Assembly: GCA_964525605.1 (NCBI GenBank)
Contig: CAZGKT010000012.1
Span: 7,771-71,770 of the forward strand
Origin: an uncultured bacterium
GTDB lineage: Bacteria > Oederibacteriota > Muellerivitia > Muellerivitales > Muellerivitaceae
Direction: 5' to 3'
DNA: 64,000 nucleotides
In this document: positions 44,656 to 54,377 of the stretch, in pieces
How the letters are laid out: every line of letters begins with the position of its first letter
Position numbering within the stretch: the stretch's first letter is position 1
Program-made: the position numbers and the translations under genes
The notes under the pieces: generated by a model
Database searches by the model: none
Seen by the model: the letters and a program-made list of their open reading frames with translations, nothing else
What the model was told of the DNA's origin: nothing

Positions 44656-47600
44656 CTATTTGCGCTTATGGCCCTTTGGCTTTCGGACCTTATGGGTATG
44701 GACCTTGGGTTTCTTGCCCTGGTGAGGCGGGCGGTCGGATTTCTCCCAGGCGGTGACCACATCCTCGATGCGGACGGTCCGGGCCCATTGTTGAGCCCCT
44801 TCCAATTGCTCGCTCGGGAATCGGCTCCGTAAATCCCGCGCAAAAGTATCCGCTTGATCCTTTGTTTGCCGGTGACAGATGGGTTGGGTCAGGGCGAGCG
44901 TGATGAAACTCAAGGCTTGGCCTTCCTCCCCCTCGGCCTTCAAGAGTCGGGAGATCCCTACCGCCAGGTCGATCAATTGGGGCTTGAGCTTGGCTTCCGT
45001 CGCCATCCGTGCCGCCCTTTTGAAATATTTTTTAGTTTCCGGGTAGGCTTCCAACCGGCACGCGATATCCCCCAAATGGATGCAAGTGGCCGACATCCCC
45101 AGCACATCCCCCGTTTCCTCGAAGAAACCCAGGCTTTTCAGGAAAAAATTTTCGGCTTCCTTCCATCGCTTTGCGAAACCCGATAGGGCACCCAGGTGGT
45201 AAAAATGCCAAGCCTCGCTGGTGGGATTCGATCCCTCCTTCGTCAACAAGTCATGGGACTGCTGGAAAAGGCCCGCCGCTTCCTGATCTTTTCCCTGGGC
45301 GAACCTCAAATTGCCTAAAAGGTCCATGGACCAGGCGATCCCCCGGGAGTCGCCGATATCCTGGTAAATTTTCAATCCATCCTGAAAAAACTGATCGGCC
45401 TCCTCGTACTCCCCCAGGGACCAGCTGACGTATCCCAAGTGATCGCTCGTTGCCGCGACCGCCCGGCGGTCCCCCAGGTCCTGCGAAATGGATTTACTCT
45501 CCAGGTACATTTGGCGGGCGCCGGCGTAATCCCCTACCAAAACGGCCACCCGTCCCAGGTTTCTCATGGCCCAGGCGGTTCCCCGGCGGTCGCCGCTCCG
45601 GGAATAGGCCTCTAAGCTCTTCATGTGATAAGCCCGGGCCTCCGCGAATTGACCCAGGTCGAACAGCGCCTCTCCGGTCAGGATATAGGAGTAGGCCATC
45701 TCCCGCTCGTCCCTGTCCTTTTCGGAATAGACGAGGCTTTTGCGGATAAAGGTAAGGCCCTTCCGCAGATTTCCCATCAAGAGGGTGATGTGGCCCAGGT
45801 GGTTGAGGGTGAGGGTGATGCCGGACCGCTGGCCGTTACGGTAATAAACCTTGAAGCTTTTTTCGTAATAATCCTTGGCCTTTTTAAACTCACCCTGGGT
45901 CTCAGCCACCAGGCCCAAACCGGCCAGGGCGAAACCCGATTGTTTCAGCGCGGAGGCGCCCTGGAACAGTTCCAGGCTTTTCTCAAACAGTTTTCGGGCC
46001 ACCTGGACACGGCCCAAATCGATTTCAAAATCACCCCGGCGGGAAAGCAGCTTGCCCAAAAGAACCGCCTTGGAATCGGTCATGTCGCCGGGGTCCTGGT
46101 ATCTTTCCTGGAGAATGTCCGCAGCCCGCTGAAAGGCCTCCTGGCCTTCCTGGAGCCACCCTTTCGTCTCGTAGAGGGTGAACAGGCTGTCCAGGTAATC
46201 CCCCATGACTTTTTCCTGCCCCCCATCGACCGCCCGGACCCACCCTTCCCGGATGTTTTCCATTTCCTGGAGAAGCCCCTCGAAAACGATCCGCTGGTTG
46301 GGCCCATACAAGTCCCGCTCCCTTTTCTTCAGCAGGTTTCCGAAATAGGCACTATGGTCGGCCATGGCCTGGGTCTTCCGGGCCGGATCGTCGAATAGTT
46401 TTTCCTTGGCGAAATGCTTCAGGAGCTCGTGGATCTCGTAGCGGCCGTCGGGCCGAAGACGAACCAAGGACTTCCCTTCGAGCGCGTTCAGGATGGGCTC
46501 GGTGGCCCCGGCCACGGCGCGAGCGGCCAAGCGGGTAAACCCACCCCGGAAGGTTGAAATGGCCATCAGGGATTTTTTCTGGGTTTCGGAAAGGAGGATC
46601 CAGGAATACTCGAACACCGCCCTCAAACTGCGGTGCCGGGGCGGTAGGTGGGGCATGGCGGTCGCCAAGAAATCTCGGCTACTCTCGATTTTATCCGCGA
46701 TCGGGGCGAGGCCCAGCGAAGAAACCCACGTCGCCGAAAGTTCCAGCCCCAGGGGCATTCCCTCCAAAAGCCGGCAGACGCGAATCAGGGACGGTCCCTC
46801 CTCCGCCTCCAAAGCAAAATCCGGACGCACCCGCCGGGCGCTTTTGAGGAACAATTGGACGGCGGCAAAGGCTTCCAGGGGGCCCTCCTGTCCCTCCTCG
46901 GGGTAGCGGAGACCCCGGACCTCGAATATTTTTTCGATTCCGATACCCAATTTTTCGCGGGACGTCACGATAATTTTCACGCCGGGCGCGGCCCTCAGGA
47001 GGTCTTGGATCAGATCCGCCCCCTCGACGAGGTGCTCGAAGTTGTCCAAAACGATCAAGCATTCTTTCGGCTTCAAATGGTTCAACAGCTGGGTTTTCGG
47101 ATCTTCCGGGCCGAAAAAGAAAAATTTCATGGCGGTGGCGATGGTACTGACGATCAACTGGTCCGATAGAAGCGGCGCCAGGGCCACCCAATAGACCCCA
47201 TCCTTGAACCGTTCCACCAACTCCGCCGCGGTCTGAAAAGCCAGCCGGGTCTTCCCGAAACCGCCCGGCCCCGCCAGGGTCACCTGCCGGACGGGGGAAC
47301 GGGCGAGCATTTCAGTCAATTCGCCGATTTCCTCCCGCCTTCCAAAAAAGGGAGAGATCTGAGGAAAAAAATTCTGGGTATAGTTCTTCAACGATCGAAG
47401 GGGCGGAAATTCCCCATGGGGTAAATCCGGATGCTGGAGGGAAAAGACATTTTCGGGTTCGCTCAGGTCTTTAAGGAAATGGGTTCCCAGATCCTGGAGC
47501 CGGGCGTCGGGAGGCAGAGGGATAAAATGTACCGCGGGAACCGTCAGGAGGATCTGGCCCCCCCAGGCCGTTTCCAGTAGTTTGAGGGCGTGGTTAAAGT

Positions 47601-47949
47601 CCGGGCCCACATAGGTCTGGGCGTACTGGTCGGCCTCTCCCGAATGCAGAACGACGCGGACCTTCCCCTGGCCGAAGGCGTCCCAGGACCGGGCGGGAAA
47701 TTGTTTTTGAATGTCCAGGGCGGCTTGAGCGGCCTCCCCGGGCTCTAAAATGGATAAAACCCCGGCGAGAGTGCGCTGCATCCAATGGGCGCCGTGAGCT
47801 TGGAGCAATTCTTCCAAAAAGAAAAACTGCCCGCCCAAAACATGGTCCGCTTCGGGCGTGCCCCGGCCCTGGAAAACAGCCGGATGGTCGATTTCAATAA
47901 AAAGGAAAATCAATGCGTCGTCGCCTTTGCGTGGCCAATGGCAAAGCAC
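44656..47949 (-). CDS. STAND signalling ATPase: N-terminal class-III cyclase-homology domain (degenerate) + NB-ARC + TPR array
   Basis: VLHSGEA...GPDFNHALKLLETAWGGQILLT (cyclase fold). Walker A GPGGFGKTRLA. Walker B CLIVLDNFEH. More than 10 TPRs in C-terminal 500 aa. Basic tail KKPKVHTHKVRKPKGHKRK. GTG start. Confidence 0.85.
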   Translation of the reverse strand: MLCHWPRKGDDALIFLFIEIDHPAVFQGRGTPEADHVLGGQFFFLEELLQAHGAHWMQRTLAGVLSILEPGEAAQAALDIQKQFPARSWDAFGQGKVRVVLHSGEADQYAQTYVGPDFNHALKLLETAWGGQILLTVPAVHFIPLPPDARLQDLGTHFLKDLSEPENVFSLQHPDLPHGEFPPLRSLKNYTQNFFPQISPFFGRREEIGELTEMLARSPVRQVTLAGPGGFGKTRLAFQTAAELVERFKDGVYWVALAPLLSDQLIVSTIATAMKFFFFGPEDPKTQLLNHLKPKECLIVLDNFEHLVEGADLIQDLLRAAPGVKIIVTSREKLGIGIEKIFEVRGLRYPEEGQEGPLEAFAAVQLFLKSARRVRPDFALEAEEGPSLIRVCRLLEGMPLGLELSATWVSSLGLAPIADKIESSRDFLATAMPHLPPRHRSLRAVFEYSWILLSETQKKSLMAISTFRGGFTRLAARAVAGATEPILNALEGKSLVRLRPDGRYEIHELLKHFAKEKLFDDPARKTQAMADHSAYFGNLLKKRERDLYGPNQRIVFEGLLQEMENIREGWVRAVDGGQEKVMGDYLDSLFTLYETKGWLQEGQEAFQRAADILQERYQDPGDMTDSKAVLLGKLLSRRGDFEIDLGRVQVARKLFEKSLELFQGASALKQSGFALAGLGLVAETQGEFKKAKDYYEKSFKVYYRNGQRSGITLTLNHLGHITLLMGNLRKGLTFIRKSLVYSEKDRDEREMAYSYILTGEALFDLGQFAEARAYHMKSLEAYSRSGDRRGTAWAMRNLGRVAVLVGDYAGARQMYLESKSISQDLGDRRAVAATSDHLGYVSWSLGEYEEADQFFQDGLKIYQDIGDSRGIAWSMDLLGNLRFAQGKDQEAAGLFQQSHDLLTKEGSNPTSEAWHFYHLGALSGFAKRWKEAENFFLKSLGFFEETGDVLGMSATCIHLGDIACRLEAYPETKKYFKRAARMATEAKLKPQLIDLAVGISRLLKAEGEEGQALSFITLALTQPICHRQTKDQADTFARDLRSRFPSEQLEGAQQWARTVRIEDVVTAWEKSDRPPHQGKKPKVHTHKVRKPKGHKRK

Positions 47950-48440
47950 TGGAATTCATTGGGGTTTATCGTCAAAGCTTGCTTGAAAGATTATATCGGA
48001 TAAGGGCCATGAAAGCCTCACCTGCCCAGGATTAGCAGACTTTATGGCATCTCTTAAAAAAAATGCCTTTGGCTTTGTTCCAAATATTAATTCACTCTTT
48101 GTGTCTTGGTGTCTTTGTGTTGGATTCTCAGAATTCCCTTAATCGCTTAATTTTCCAATGGTTTTACCCCTAATAACCAATGGTAATCCCACTTTTTGCC
48201 TCAAGATTCCCGCTCCCAGGCCGTTAGGTTTTACATGGAACCTATTACCAGTCTTCCCCCACAATCCACACCCAATCCTTATGCGACCATCGGAGCCAGT
48301 GCCTTGGCGGCTTTCGAAGAAGAGAGTGCCAAGCTCCTTGCGATGACCAAGGATTCGGTCCCCAACCCGGCCTACCTTGGCAGTCAGGTTGACGTCAAAG
48401 CCTGATCGTTTGCCTGTTCGCCCGGTTCAAACCTTTCCCC

Positions 48441-49064
48441 ATGGGAGTCCCCGTGAGAACTAAAAAACTCGCCCGTTGGATGGTCATCGTTTTGTGGGCG
48501 GCGCCTTTAGGGGTGATCGCCGATGATTGGCAGACTTTCACTTCCGAGGATTCCGCTTTCACCGCACAAATGCCCGGCACGCCCGATAACGTGGGGGGAG
48601 TCTATATCTGGGCCAAGCCCAACGCCCAGGGGACCGGCAACGACATCCGTTACAAGATCTACTATCACGAACCCTCCGCCGATGCCCTCAAGCCAACGGA
48701 TAGGTCGGGCCAGGCGTTACTCGCCGCCATCGTTTTGGACGACGACCCCACGGATTACTACAATTTATCGGTGACGAAAACACCCTTTAAATTCAAGGGA
48801 CGTCCGGCCCTCTTGATCGATAAACCCCTGAACCCGGATGGCGTGCCCGGACGATCCGATACGCTCTACATCCTTGCCGGCCAGGGAGTTTTCATCATGA
48901 GTTATTTCGCCACGGAGGCGAATTTTCGCCGGGACTACGCGAATAAATTTTTCGAATCCATTAAGATCCATAATCCCTATTCGGACCCGGATGCCCCAAC
49001 AGCCTCCCCCGCCCTCCCGGGCACGATCGGAACGCCGGTGGCCGTTCCCACGACGCCCGAATAA
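48441..49064 (+). CDS. Hypothetical secreted protein
   Basis: Signal peptide RTKKLARWMVIVLWAAPLGVIA-DD. 207 aa. Pro-rich C-terminus. No recognised domain. Confidence 0.5.
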   Translation: MGVPVRTKKLARWMVIVLWAAPLGVIADDWQTFTSEDSAFTAQMPGTPDNVGGVYIWAKPNAQGTGNDIRYKIYYHEPSADALKPTDRSGQALLAAIVLDDDPTDYYNLSVTKTPFKFKGRPALLIDKPLNPDGVPGRSDTLYILAGQGVFIMSYFATEANFRRDYANKFFESIKIHNPYSDPDAPTASPALPGTIGTPVAVPTTPE

Positions 49065-49144
49065 ACCCCGGGGAAAATGATCAGGTCAACATCGTCCATT
49101 CTTAAACCGGATCAGGATGACCTAACATTATTTCTATCTAACGA

Positions 49145-49402
49145 CTAAACAGGGCTTCCAACCGCCAATTCCAGCAGGGCTTCCACCGCCTTGTCCGCGT
49201 CCTCGCCCTCCGCGGTTATTTCCAACCGGTTTCCCTTAGCGTGAAGCAGACCGACCATCTCGACTAAACTTTTTGGGTCCACCTCGATTTTTCCCTTTCG
49301 AAGGGTAAGCTTGGATTTGAATTGATGGGCCGCCAGGGTGATTTCCATCAAGGTGCGGGGATTTAAGTCAGTCGCCTGAGGATGGGTGTAAGTGAATATC
49401 AT
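49145..49402 (-). CDS. HPr-family phosphocarrier-like protein with Asn at the His15 position (Crh-like)
   Basis: 85 aa. ITAEGEDADKAVEALLEL matches HPr C-terminus (ISAEGEDEQKAVEHLV). Ser46 context KGKIEVDPKSLVEMVGL is conserved. Active-site block reads DLNPRTL where HPr has GLHTRPA. Confidence 0.7.
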   Translation of the reverse strand: MIFTYTHPQATDLNPRTLMEITLAAHQFKSKLTLRKGKIEVDPKSLVEMVGLLHAKGNRLEITAEGEDADKAVEALLELAVGSPV

Positions 49403-49487
49403 TTGAAAACCTCCGTGTGAAAAAGTGATTGGGTGAAATGTCTATCCGGGAAAGGTTAAAGGAAAAGGCGGAAACGGCTCAAAAGGC

Positions 49488-49844
49488 TTAAATTCTCAAG
49501 AACAGGAGGCAAGGGATTGGATTCCATTTCGTAGCCGGGAAAACCAACCCCGCTTCCAACCCAGCCGGCATCCACAAAGGTTGGGTTTCCTGGCCGGATT
49601 TCGAAAGGGATTCCGAAGGTTTCTGAATTTTTGAATCAATTTCACGGGTCTGAGAATTCAATTGGTTCATTAAACCGCCGACAGGGTGGCGGGTGGGACA
49701 AGATTGGATGGATGCCTTCTCGAGAACGATCTGGCGCTGGCAGACGCCCAGGCTAAGAAAAGGGCGAAAGACAAAAGGGGTCAGGACGGCCGCCACCAGA
49801 CCGATCAATGAAATTTTTTTCAACCACCCCAAGAGTCTCAGCAT
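49488..49844 (-). CDS. Hypothetical small membrane protein
   Basis: MLRLLGWLKKISLIGLVAAVLTPFVF hydrophobic N-terminus. Track ORF starts at GTG 49853. No motif. Confidence 0.35.
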   Translation of the reverse strand: MLRLLGWLKKISLIGLVAAVLTPFVFRPFLSLGVCQRQIVLEKASIQSCPTRHPVGGLMNQLNSQTREIDSKIQKPSESLSKSGQETQPLWMPAGLEAGLVFPATKWNPIPCLLFLRI

Positions 49845-50098
49845 GGGAACCACCCGTCTTGAAAAGGAGAGCGGAAAAAGATTTCTTCGGCCCCGCAGGC
49901 CGATTTTCGTGCCTAATTCCCTCTCGAAAGTTCAGACGCATGGCGATCCGAAAAGATTCGGCGAAGGGTGTCAGGCTTGAAAATTAATGGTTGATAGGAA
50001 CATGTCAACGAATTCAATCGGGATCCTGAGGGGTGAGACCTGAAGCACCGAAGAGGACCGAAAAAAAGGATTCATTGTCCCTTTTATCTTCCGAAAAT

Positions 50099-50575
50099 TT
50101 ATTGGCTCTTTCGGTTTTGAATATCCTTGAGCCTCTGATCGACCGTGTAAGGCTGATCCGTCATGGGCACGGGTGTGGTGTTAAGAATATCGTAGGCGTC
50201 ATAAACGTTCTGGGTGTCCGGCATCGTTTTAAAAAGCTGAATCTTGTAGCTGACCCGGCGTTGATCCAAAACGCGGTGTCCTTCCGCGTGCGATTCGGCG
50301 TCCAGGTCGGGCTGGCCGCCGTCCTCCGTCGCCAAAAGGACGTAATAGCGGCATCCCTGCTCAAAAGTAAATTCCGCGCACCGATAGCCCGCGCATTCCT
50401 CGGCGAATCCGGGTTGACCGCCACTGCAAACAATTTCCCAAACGCCGTCTTCGCGGGGAATATTGTCGTACCCCGCCGAAAGGAGGCCGACCTTTTGGTA
50501 ACGCGCGGCACCCGCGCATCCACCGATCAGCGGTATCAATACCGCCAGCAAGAGAAAGCCACTGGTTTTTCCCAC
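50099..50575 (-). CDS. Cys-rich lipoprotein
   Basis: Lipobox LIPLIGGCAG. GTG start at 50575 with AAAGGAAA 8 nt upstream (track ORF to 50644). Seven further Cys in mature part. Confidence 0.5.
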   Translation of the reverse strand: MGKTSGFLLLAVLIPLIGGCAGAARYQKVGLLSAGYDNIPREDGVWEIVCSGGQPGFAEECAGYRCAEFTFEQGCRYYVLLATEDGGQPDLDAESHAEGHRVLDQRRVSYKIQLFKTMPDTQNVYDAYDILNTTPVPMTDQPYTVDQRLKDIQNRKSQ

Positions 50576-50694
50576 GATGAAATTTCCTTTCTGAGTTCGA
50601 ATCAAAGAGTATAAAAAAATTACCCTCAATCCGCACCGACCCACTCATAGACGTTCATCACGAAAGAGGCTTTATGGGACCCATTCAAATCGGA

Positions 50695-52077
50695 TCAAGG
50701 CGGGGTGGTCGCGGGCATTAAGCCATCCAGGGCCGCCTTGACCGGGGGGTTGTTCGGGTTCAATTTAAGACATTTTTCATAAGCCTGGCGTGCCCCATCC
50801 CGATTCCCTACTTTGAGCAGAGCGCTTCCCAGGCCCTGAAAGGCCTGCCAGGAGGCTGGGTTTTCCTGAACGACCTTCTGGAAAGCCGTTACCGCCGGGG
50901 CATATTGGCCCTGCTGGTAATCGTTGAGGGCGGAGCGGTACTCCTCAGCCGTCGGGTCTTTCACAGCCTCCGAAGCCGGGCCGTTTCGCATGGCTTCATT
51001 CAAGAGGATCTGCAGGGTGGGATAGACCGCGTCCGGCTTGTCCGCCAGGGTCCCCACGAGCGCCTTCAGCTCCGGCTGAAAATACTGGGCCAACTCCATG
51101 CATCGCAATGCCCCCTTGGGTTTGAAGGCGCTTCCGGAAATAAAGGATGCCTCTCCATTGGCTCCGCGCTGAGAGTCAAAGACCACGCTGGAATTGACAA
51201 ACTCGGCGTGCGTTTTCTCTCCCCGGGCGTATGGCAAACCCCAAGCCACGCATTGGCTCACCGAGGCGCCATTTCCCGTCTTGTAGTTGTAGAGGTCTAA
51301 ATTCTGAGCTCGGAGATAAAGGATGGCGGTTCGGATAAAGGGCTCCAGATCGTAAAAATGGTAATGCAGCGCATCCCGTTGCAGGAAGTCCAGGGTCGTC
51401 CCATCAGGGTTTAAGTTTCTCCCCATCAGGGTTTTCAGAGATTCCAAAACTTTATTTTCCAGATCCGGTTCGTTCAAGGTGAAGGCCACCAAGGCGATGG
51501 TCTTCAATCGATGGGTCTGGTGGTTGTTCCAATGGCTTCCTTTTTTGGGGTTATCGGCGTCCAGGAGCGTTTGGGCCACCGACCTTACCCAGGAATCCAA
51601 AACTTGCTGATCCGCCCGGGATGTCTTGGGGCGAATGAGATCGTAGGTTTCCAGGAGCGGTTCCAACTGGGTGGCGTCAATGGGGTCTTCCGGGGGCTGA
51701 CAGGTCTTGGCCCAGGCCGTCAGGTAAGCCGCCGCCTTATTGAGATATGCCGCGTCACCCGTTAAGGCATAGGCCAGCCCCAGGGACTGTAGCCGGGGCA
51801 TGTCTTTTAAAGCTTCCTGGGTTTGGGTTTTTTCGGCGCTTCCCCTCAGCTTCCCCGCCGTCTGGATTTCGTCAATGGGATGGGGAGTCAAGCCGAGAGC
51901 CTCTTGGGCCTGATGGAGGATGGACTTTGCGCAACGGCCGGCATCCGGGGAGGCCGGCACCAGGGCCCGAAGACGCAAGACTTCTGCGTCCGTCAGGGAG
52001 ACGACCCCGGCATGGAGGGTGGGAACCCATCCAAGGAAAAAACAACCGATAAGAGTAAAAAAACATTTGAGACCCAT
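50695..52077 (-). CDS. Secreted alginate-lyase-like (alpha/alpha-toroid polysaccharide-lyase fold) protein with C-terminal TPR
   Basis: Signal peptide MGLKCFFTLIGCFFLGWVPTLHA. SHWNNHQTHRLKTIALVAF resembles the PF05426 alginate-lyase/heparinase N-domain. C-terminal YQQGQYAPAVTAFQKVV...GNRDGARQAYEKCLKLNP TPRs. Confidence 0.55.
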   Translation of the reverse strand: MGLKCFFTLIGCFFLGWVPTLHAGVVSLTDAEVLRLRALVPASPDAGRCAKSILHQAQEALGLTPHPIDEIQTAGKLRGSAEKTQTQEALKDMPRLQSLGLAYALTGDAAYLNKAAAYLTAWAKTCQPPEDPIDATQLEPLLETYDLIRPKTSRADQQVLDSWVRSVAQTLLDADNPKKGSHWNNHQTHRLKTIALVAFTLNEPDLENKVLESLKTLMGRNLNPDGTTLDFLQRDALHYHFYDLEPFIRTAILYLRAQNLDLYNYKTGNGASVSQCVAWGLPYARGEKTHAEFVNSSVVFDSQRGANGEASFISGSAFKPKGALRCMELAQYFQPELKALVGTLADKPDAVYPTLQILLNEAMRNGPASEAVKDPTAEEYRSALNDYQQGQYAPAVTAFQKVVQENPASWQAFQGLGSALLKVGNRDGARQAYEKCLKLNPNNPPVKAALDGLMPATTPP

Positions 52078-52131
52078 AGCGGCTCCTATCGAGAAAAAAA
52101 GCAGTCAACAAACCGCGGGTTAAAAACCCTT

Positions 52132-52425
52132 TCAAGCCAGATTTTTTCCTGCTCCGCGCATAAAGGTCACGGACCATATAAGAAGCACCGCGAGGAATGA
52201 TGAAATACAGAAAATCCAAAGGAGCGAAAATTCATTCGTAAAACTCTCGAACGTAAGGACCGCCAACAATAGAAGCTCCAGGGTACCCACCCCAAGGTTC
52301 CAAAGAAGATTCCCTCGATTCTTTTCGATCTTTTTTCCTTTGGGCCAGAACAAATCACGGCACGAATAAAACACATGGGGAAAGACGATGATAAACCCTA
52401 CAAAAATAACCCCAAAAGAACTCAT
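52132..52425 (-). CDS. Hypothetical small membrane protein (AT-rich gene)
   Basis: 97 aa with three hydrophobic spans (VIFVGFIIVF; LELLLLAVLTF; LLWIFCISSFLAVLLIW). ATG start. Lower GC than surroundings. Confidence 0.4.
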   Translation of the reverse strand: MSSFGVIFVGFIIVFPHVFYSCRDLFWPKGKKIEKNRGNLLWNLGVGTLELLLLAVLTFESFTNEFSLLWIFCISSFLAVLLIWSVTFMRGAGKNLA

Positions 52426-52761
52426 GGTGTTTCATCCCTAACGCAGATTTTTTCCAACCCCTCATTTCAGCCAAACATCCTTATAGTGATCAGGCCAACA
52501 AGGGCCATTTTAAATTGAATTACGTTGAAGCCGGGCTTTATTTAAAAGACCCGATCGCATGATGCGTGAAAACTGTAACGTAAAAAAACCCCTCCGTCCT
52601 CAGGCCAGGCGGGCTTGCTTTCCAAATACCCCCGCCTTAATAATGAGCCTCTTTTTAAGGGGTCCATCCAGATCCTTCAGAAAACTTGTAAATATCGGGT
52701 TAAACAGAATCTTTACCATTAACTATAAAAAGACATTTCCTAAAATGATCCCAGGTACCGC

Positions 52762-53910
52762 ATGAACCGCGAAATCGAAACCCCCAAACAAACTCCGTTG
52801 AGTCTTGATTCCCTCGAATGGGTGATTCCCCTTGAGGAAATTCTCCAAGAAATACCCTATTACGGCATTTATATTTGCGACCTCTCCGGAAAGGCGATTT
52901 TTTGGAATCAGGGCGCTGAAATGCTGACCGGTTATAAGCCCCCGGAGATCATTGGTCGGTCCTCCATTAGCGAACTTCTCCAATTCACCGACACGAAAGG
53001 CAAGGCCCTCCACGGAAAAAGCGACCTGATGCATAAATGCCTGAAGCAGGGGGTGAAACATCAGCAAAAAATCCAGCTGAAAACCAAGCCCGGCCATCCC
53101 TTGTCGGCCCTCATCCACTTCCTTCCCATAAAGGACCGCCATGGAGAGATTCCCTCCGGCATCGTCTTCTTCCACGACATCAGCAAGGACGAAGACACGA
53201 TATTGACCCAAAAGATAGTGAACAGCTCCCTCAAGCAGTATGTTTCCAACGCCACCTACCGCGAGGCCCTGATCAAGGCCGTCTCCAACAAGAAGACCGA
53301 ACCGGAAGTCATTGACCGTACCATCCTCTTCATGGACATGGTCGGATTCACCACCTACGCGGAAAAAACCACACCCACCCAGGTCATCCGGACCCTCAAC
53401 GACCTCCTGAGTCTGGCGGGAGAAGCGGTTCGGGAATGTAAGGGCGACATCGATAAGTTTATCGGCGATTCCCTCGTTGCCGTTTTCAAGGACCCCAACA
53501 AAGCGGTTCAGGCGGCCCTGCAAATCCGGTTGGGCCTTTTTGAACTAAATGACCATCGGGAAGAGAAGGGCAAAATGCCCATTGAGGTTCGAATGGGGAT
53601 CAACACCGGCCGGTTGATCCGGGGCGAAATCGGCTCCCTCCACCGCAAGGAGCTCACGGTCATCGGGGACGTGGTCAATACGGCCTCCCGGGTCCAAACC
53701 AAGGCAAACCGCGGGGAAATCCTGATCACCCAAGCCACTTACGATCTTCTCGAAAACCAAAGGGATTGCTTCCCCGTGGGAAAAGTGGCCCTCAAGGGAA
53801 AAAGGCAATTGGTCACCATGTATCGGATTGGCGGATTGGCGAAGGTGGATCTGCCCTGGATTCCCAAATTCTTAAATGTGCTGTTGAACCGCGACGAAAA
53901 AGAGGCTTAA
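52762..53910 (+). CDS. PAS-domain class-III adenylate/guanylate cyclase
   Basis: PAS (IYICDLSGKAIFWNQGAEMLTGY). Cyclase blocks ILFMDMVGFT, KFIGDSLVAVF, RMGINTGRLIRGEIG, TVIGDVVNTASRVQ; both metal Asp present. Confidence 0.85.
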   Translation: MNREIETPKQTPLSLDSLEWVIPLEEILQEIPYYGIYICDLSGKAIFWNQGAEMLTGYKPPEIIGRSSISELLQFTDTKGKALHGKSDLMHKCLKQGVKHQQKIQLKTKPGHPLSALIHFLPIKDRHGEIPSGIVFFHDISKDEDTILTQKIVNSSLKQYVSNATYREALIKAVSNKKTEPEVIDRTILFMDMVGFTTYAEKTTPTQVIRTLNDLLSLAGEAVRECKGDIDKFIGDSLVAVFKDPNKAVQAALQIRLGLFELNDHREEKGKMPIEVRMGINTGRLIRGEIGSLHRKELTVIGDVVNTASRVQTKANRGEILITQATYDLLENQRDCFPVGKVALKGKRQLVTMYRIGGLAKVDLPWIPKFLNVLLNRDEKEA

Positions 53911-53967
53911 CCGAAAACAACGGGGTTCGGGCTTTACTCTTTTGGGAGCGATGCCCTAGCCCCTTTT

Positions 53968-54372
53968 TTATGCCCGGCGGGATTTTTTAGAGTGTTTCTT
54001 AAAGAATGCCGCAATCTGCGGTTTGTCCACCTTGCCCTGCGCGACATCGAGGGTGATCTTTTCAAACTCCGCCTCGCTGGAAGGCGGAAGAGTAATCCCG
54101 TTTAATTCCAAAAACACATCCGCCGCCATCGCCCCGACTCGTTTGTTACCATCCACGAAAGGATGATTCAAGGCGATGTGGAAAAGATAAGCCGCCGCCA
54201 TGAGATATCGATCCGCATGAAGAAATTGGCCCCCAAACTCAGCCGGGGGCATCGCCAGGGCCGATTGCAAAAGGCCCATGTCGCGCAAGCCTTCGCTCCC
54301 TCCCAATTGGCGGATCTGTTCTTTATGGATATATAAAACCTGGTCGAGGGTCAAAAATACAGGCGTCTTCAT
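53968..54372 (-). CDS. doc: Doc (death-on-curing) Fic-fold toxin
   Basis: HPFVDGNKRVG Fic/Doc motif. 134 aa. 5 nt after antitoxin gene. Confidence 0.85.
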   Translation of the reverse strand: MKTPVFLTLDQVLYIHKEQIRQLGGSEGLRDMGLLQSALAMPPAEFGGQFLHADRYLMAAAYLFHIALNHPFVDGNKRVGAMAADVFLELNGITLPPSSEAEFEKITLDVAQGKVDKPQIAAFFKKHSKKSRRA

Positions 54373-54377
54373 CGGCC

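Noticed and set aside
48196-48405. 69-aa plus-strand ORF in the 490-bp gap upstream of 48441
   Set aside because: It has no RBS or motifs and ends 35 nt before the next gene. It is likely promoter/UTR sequence.
52723-53523. 266-aa minus-strand ORF
   Set aside because: It is antisense to the PAS-cyclase gene.
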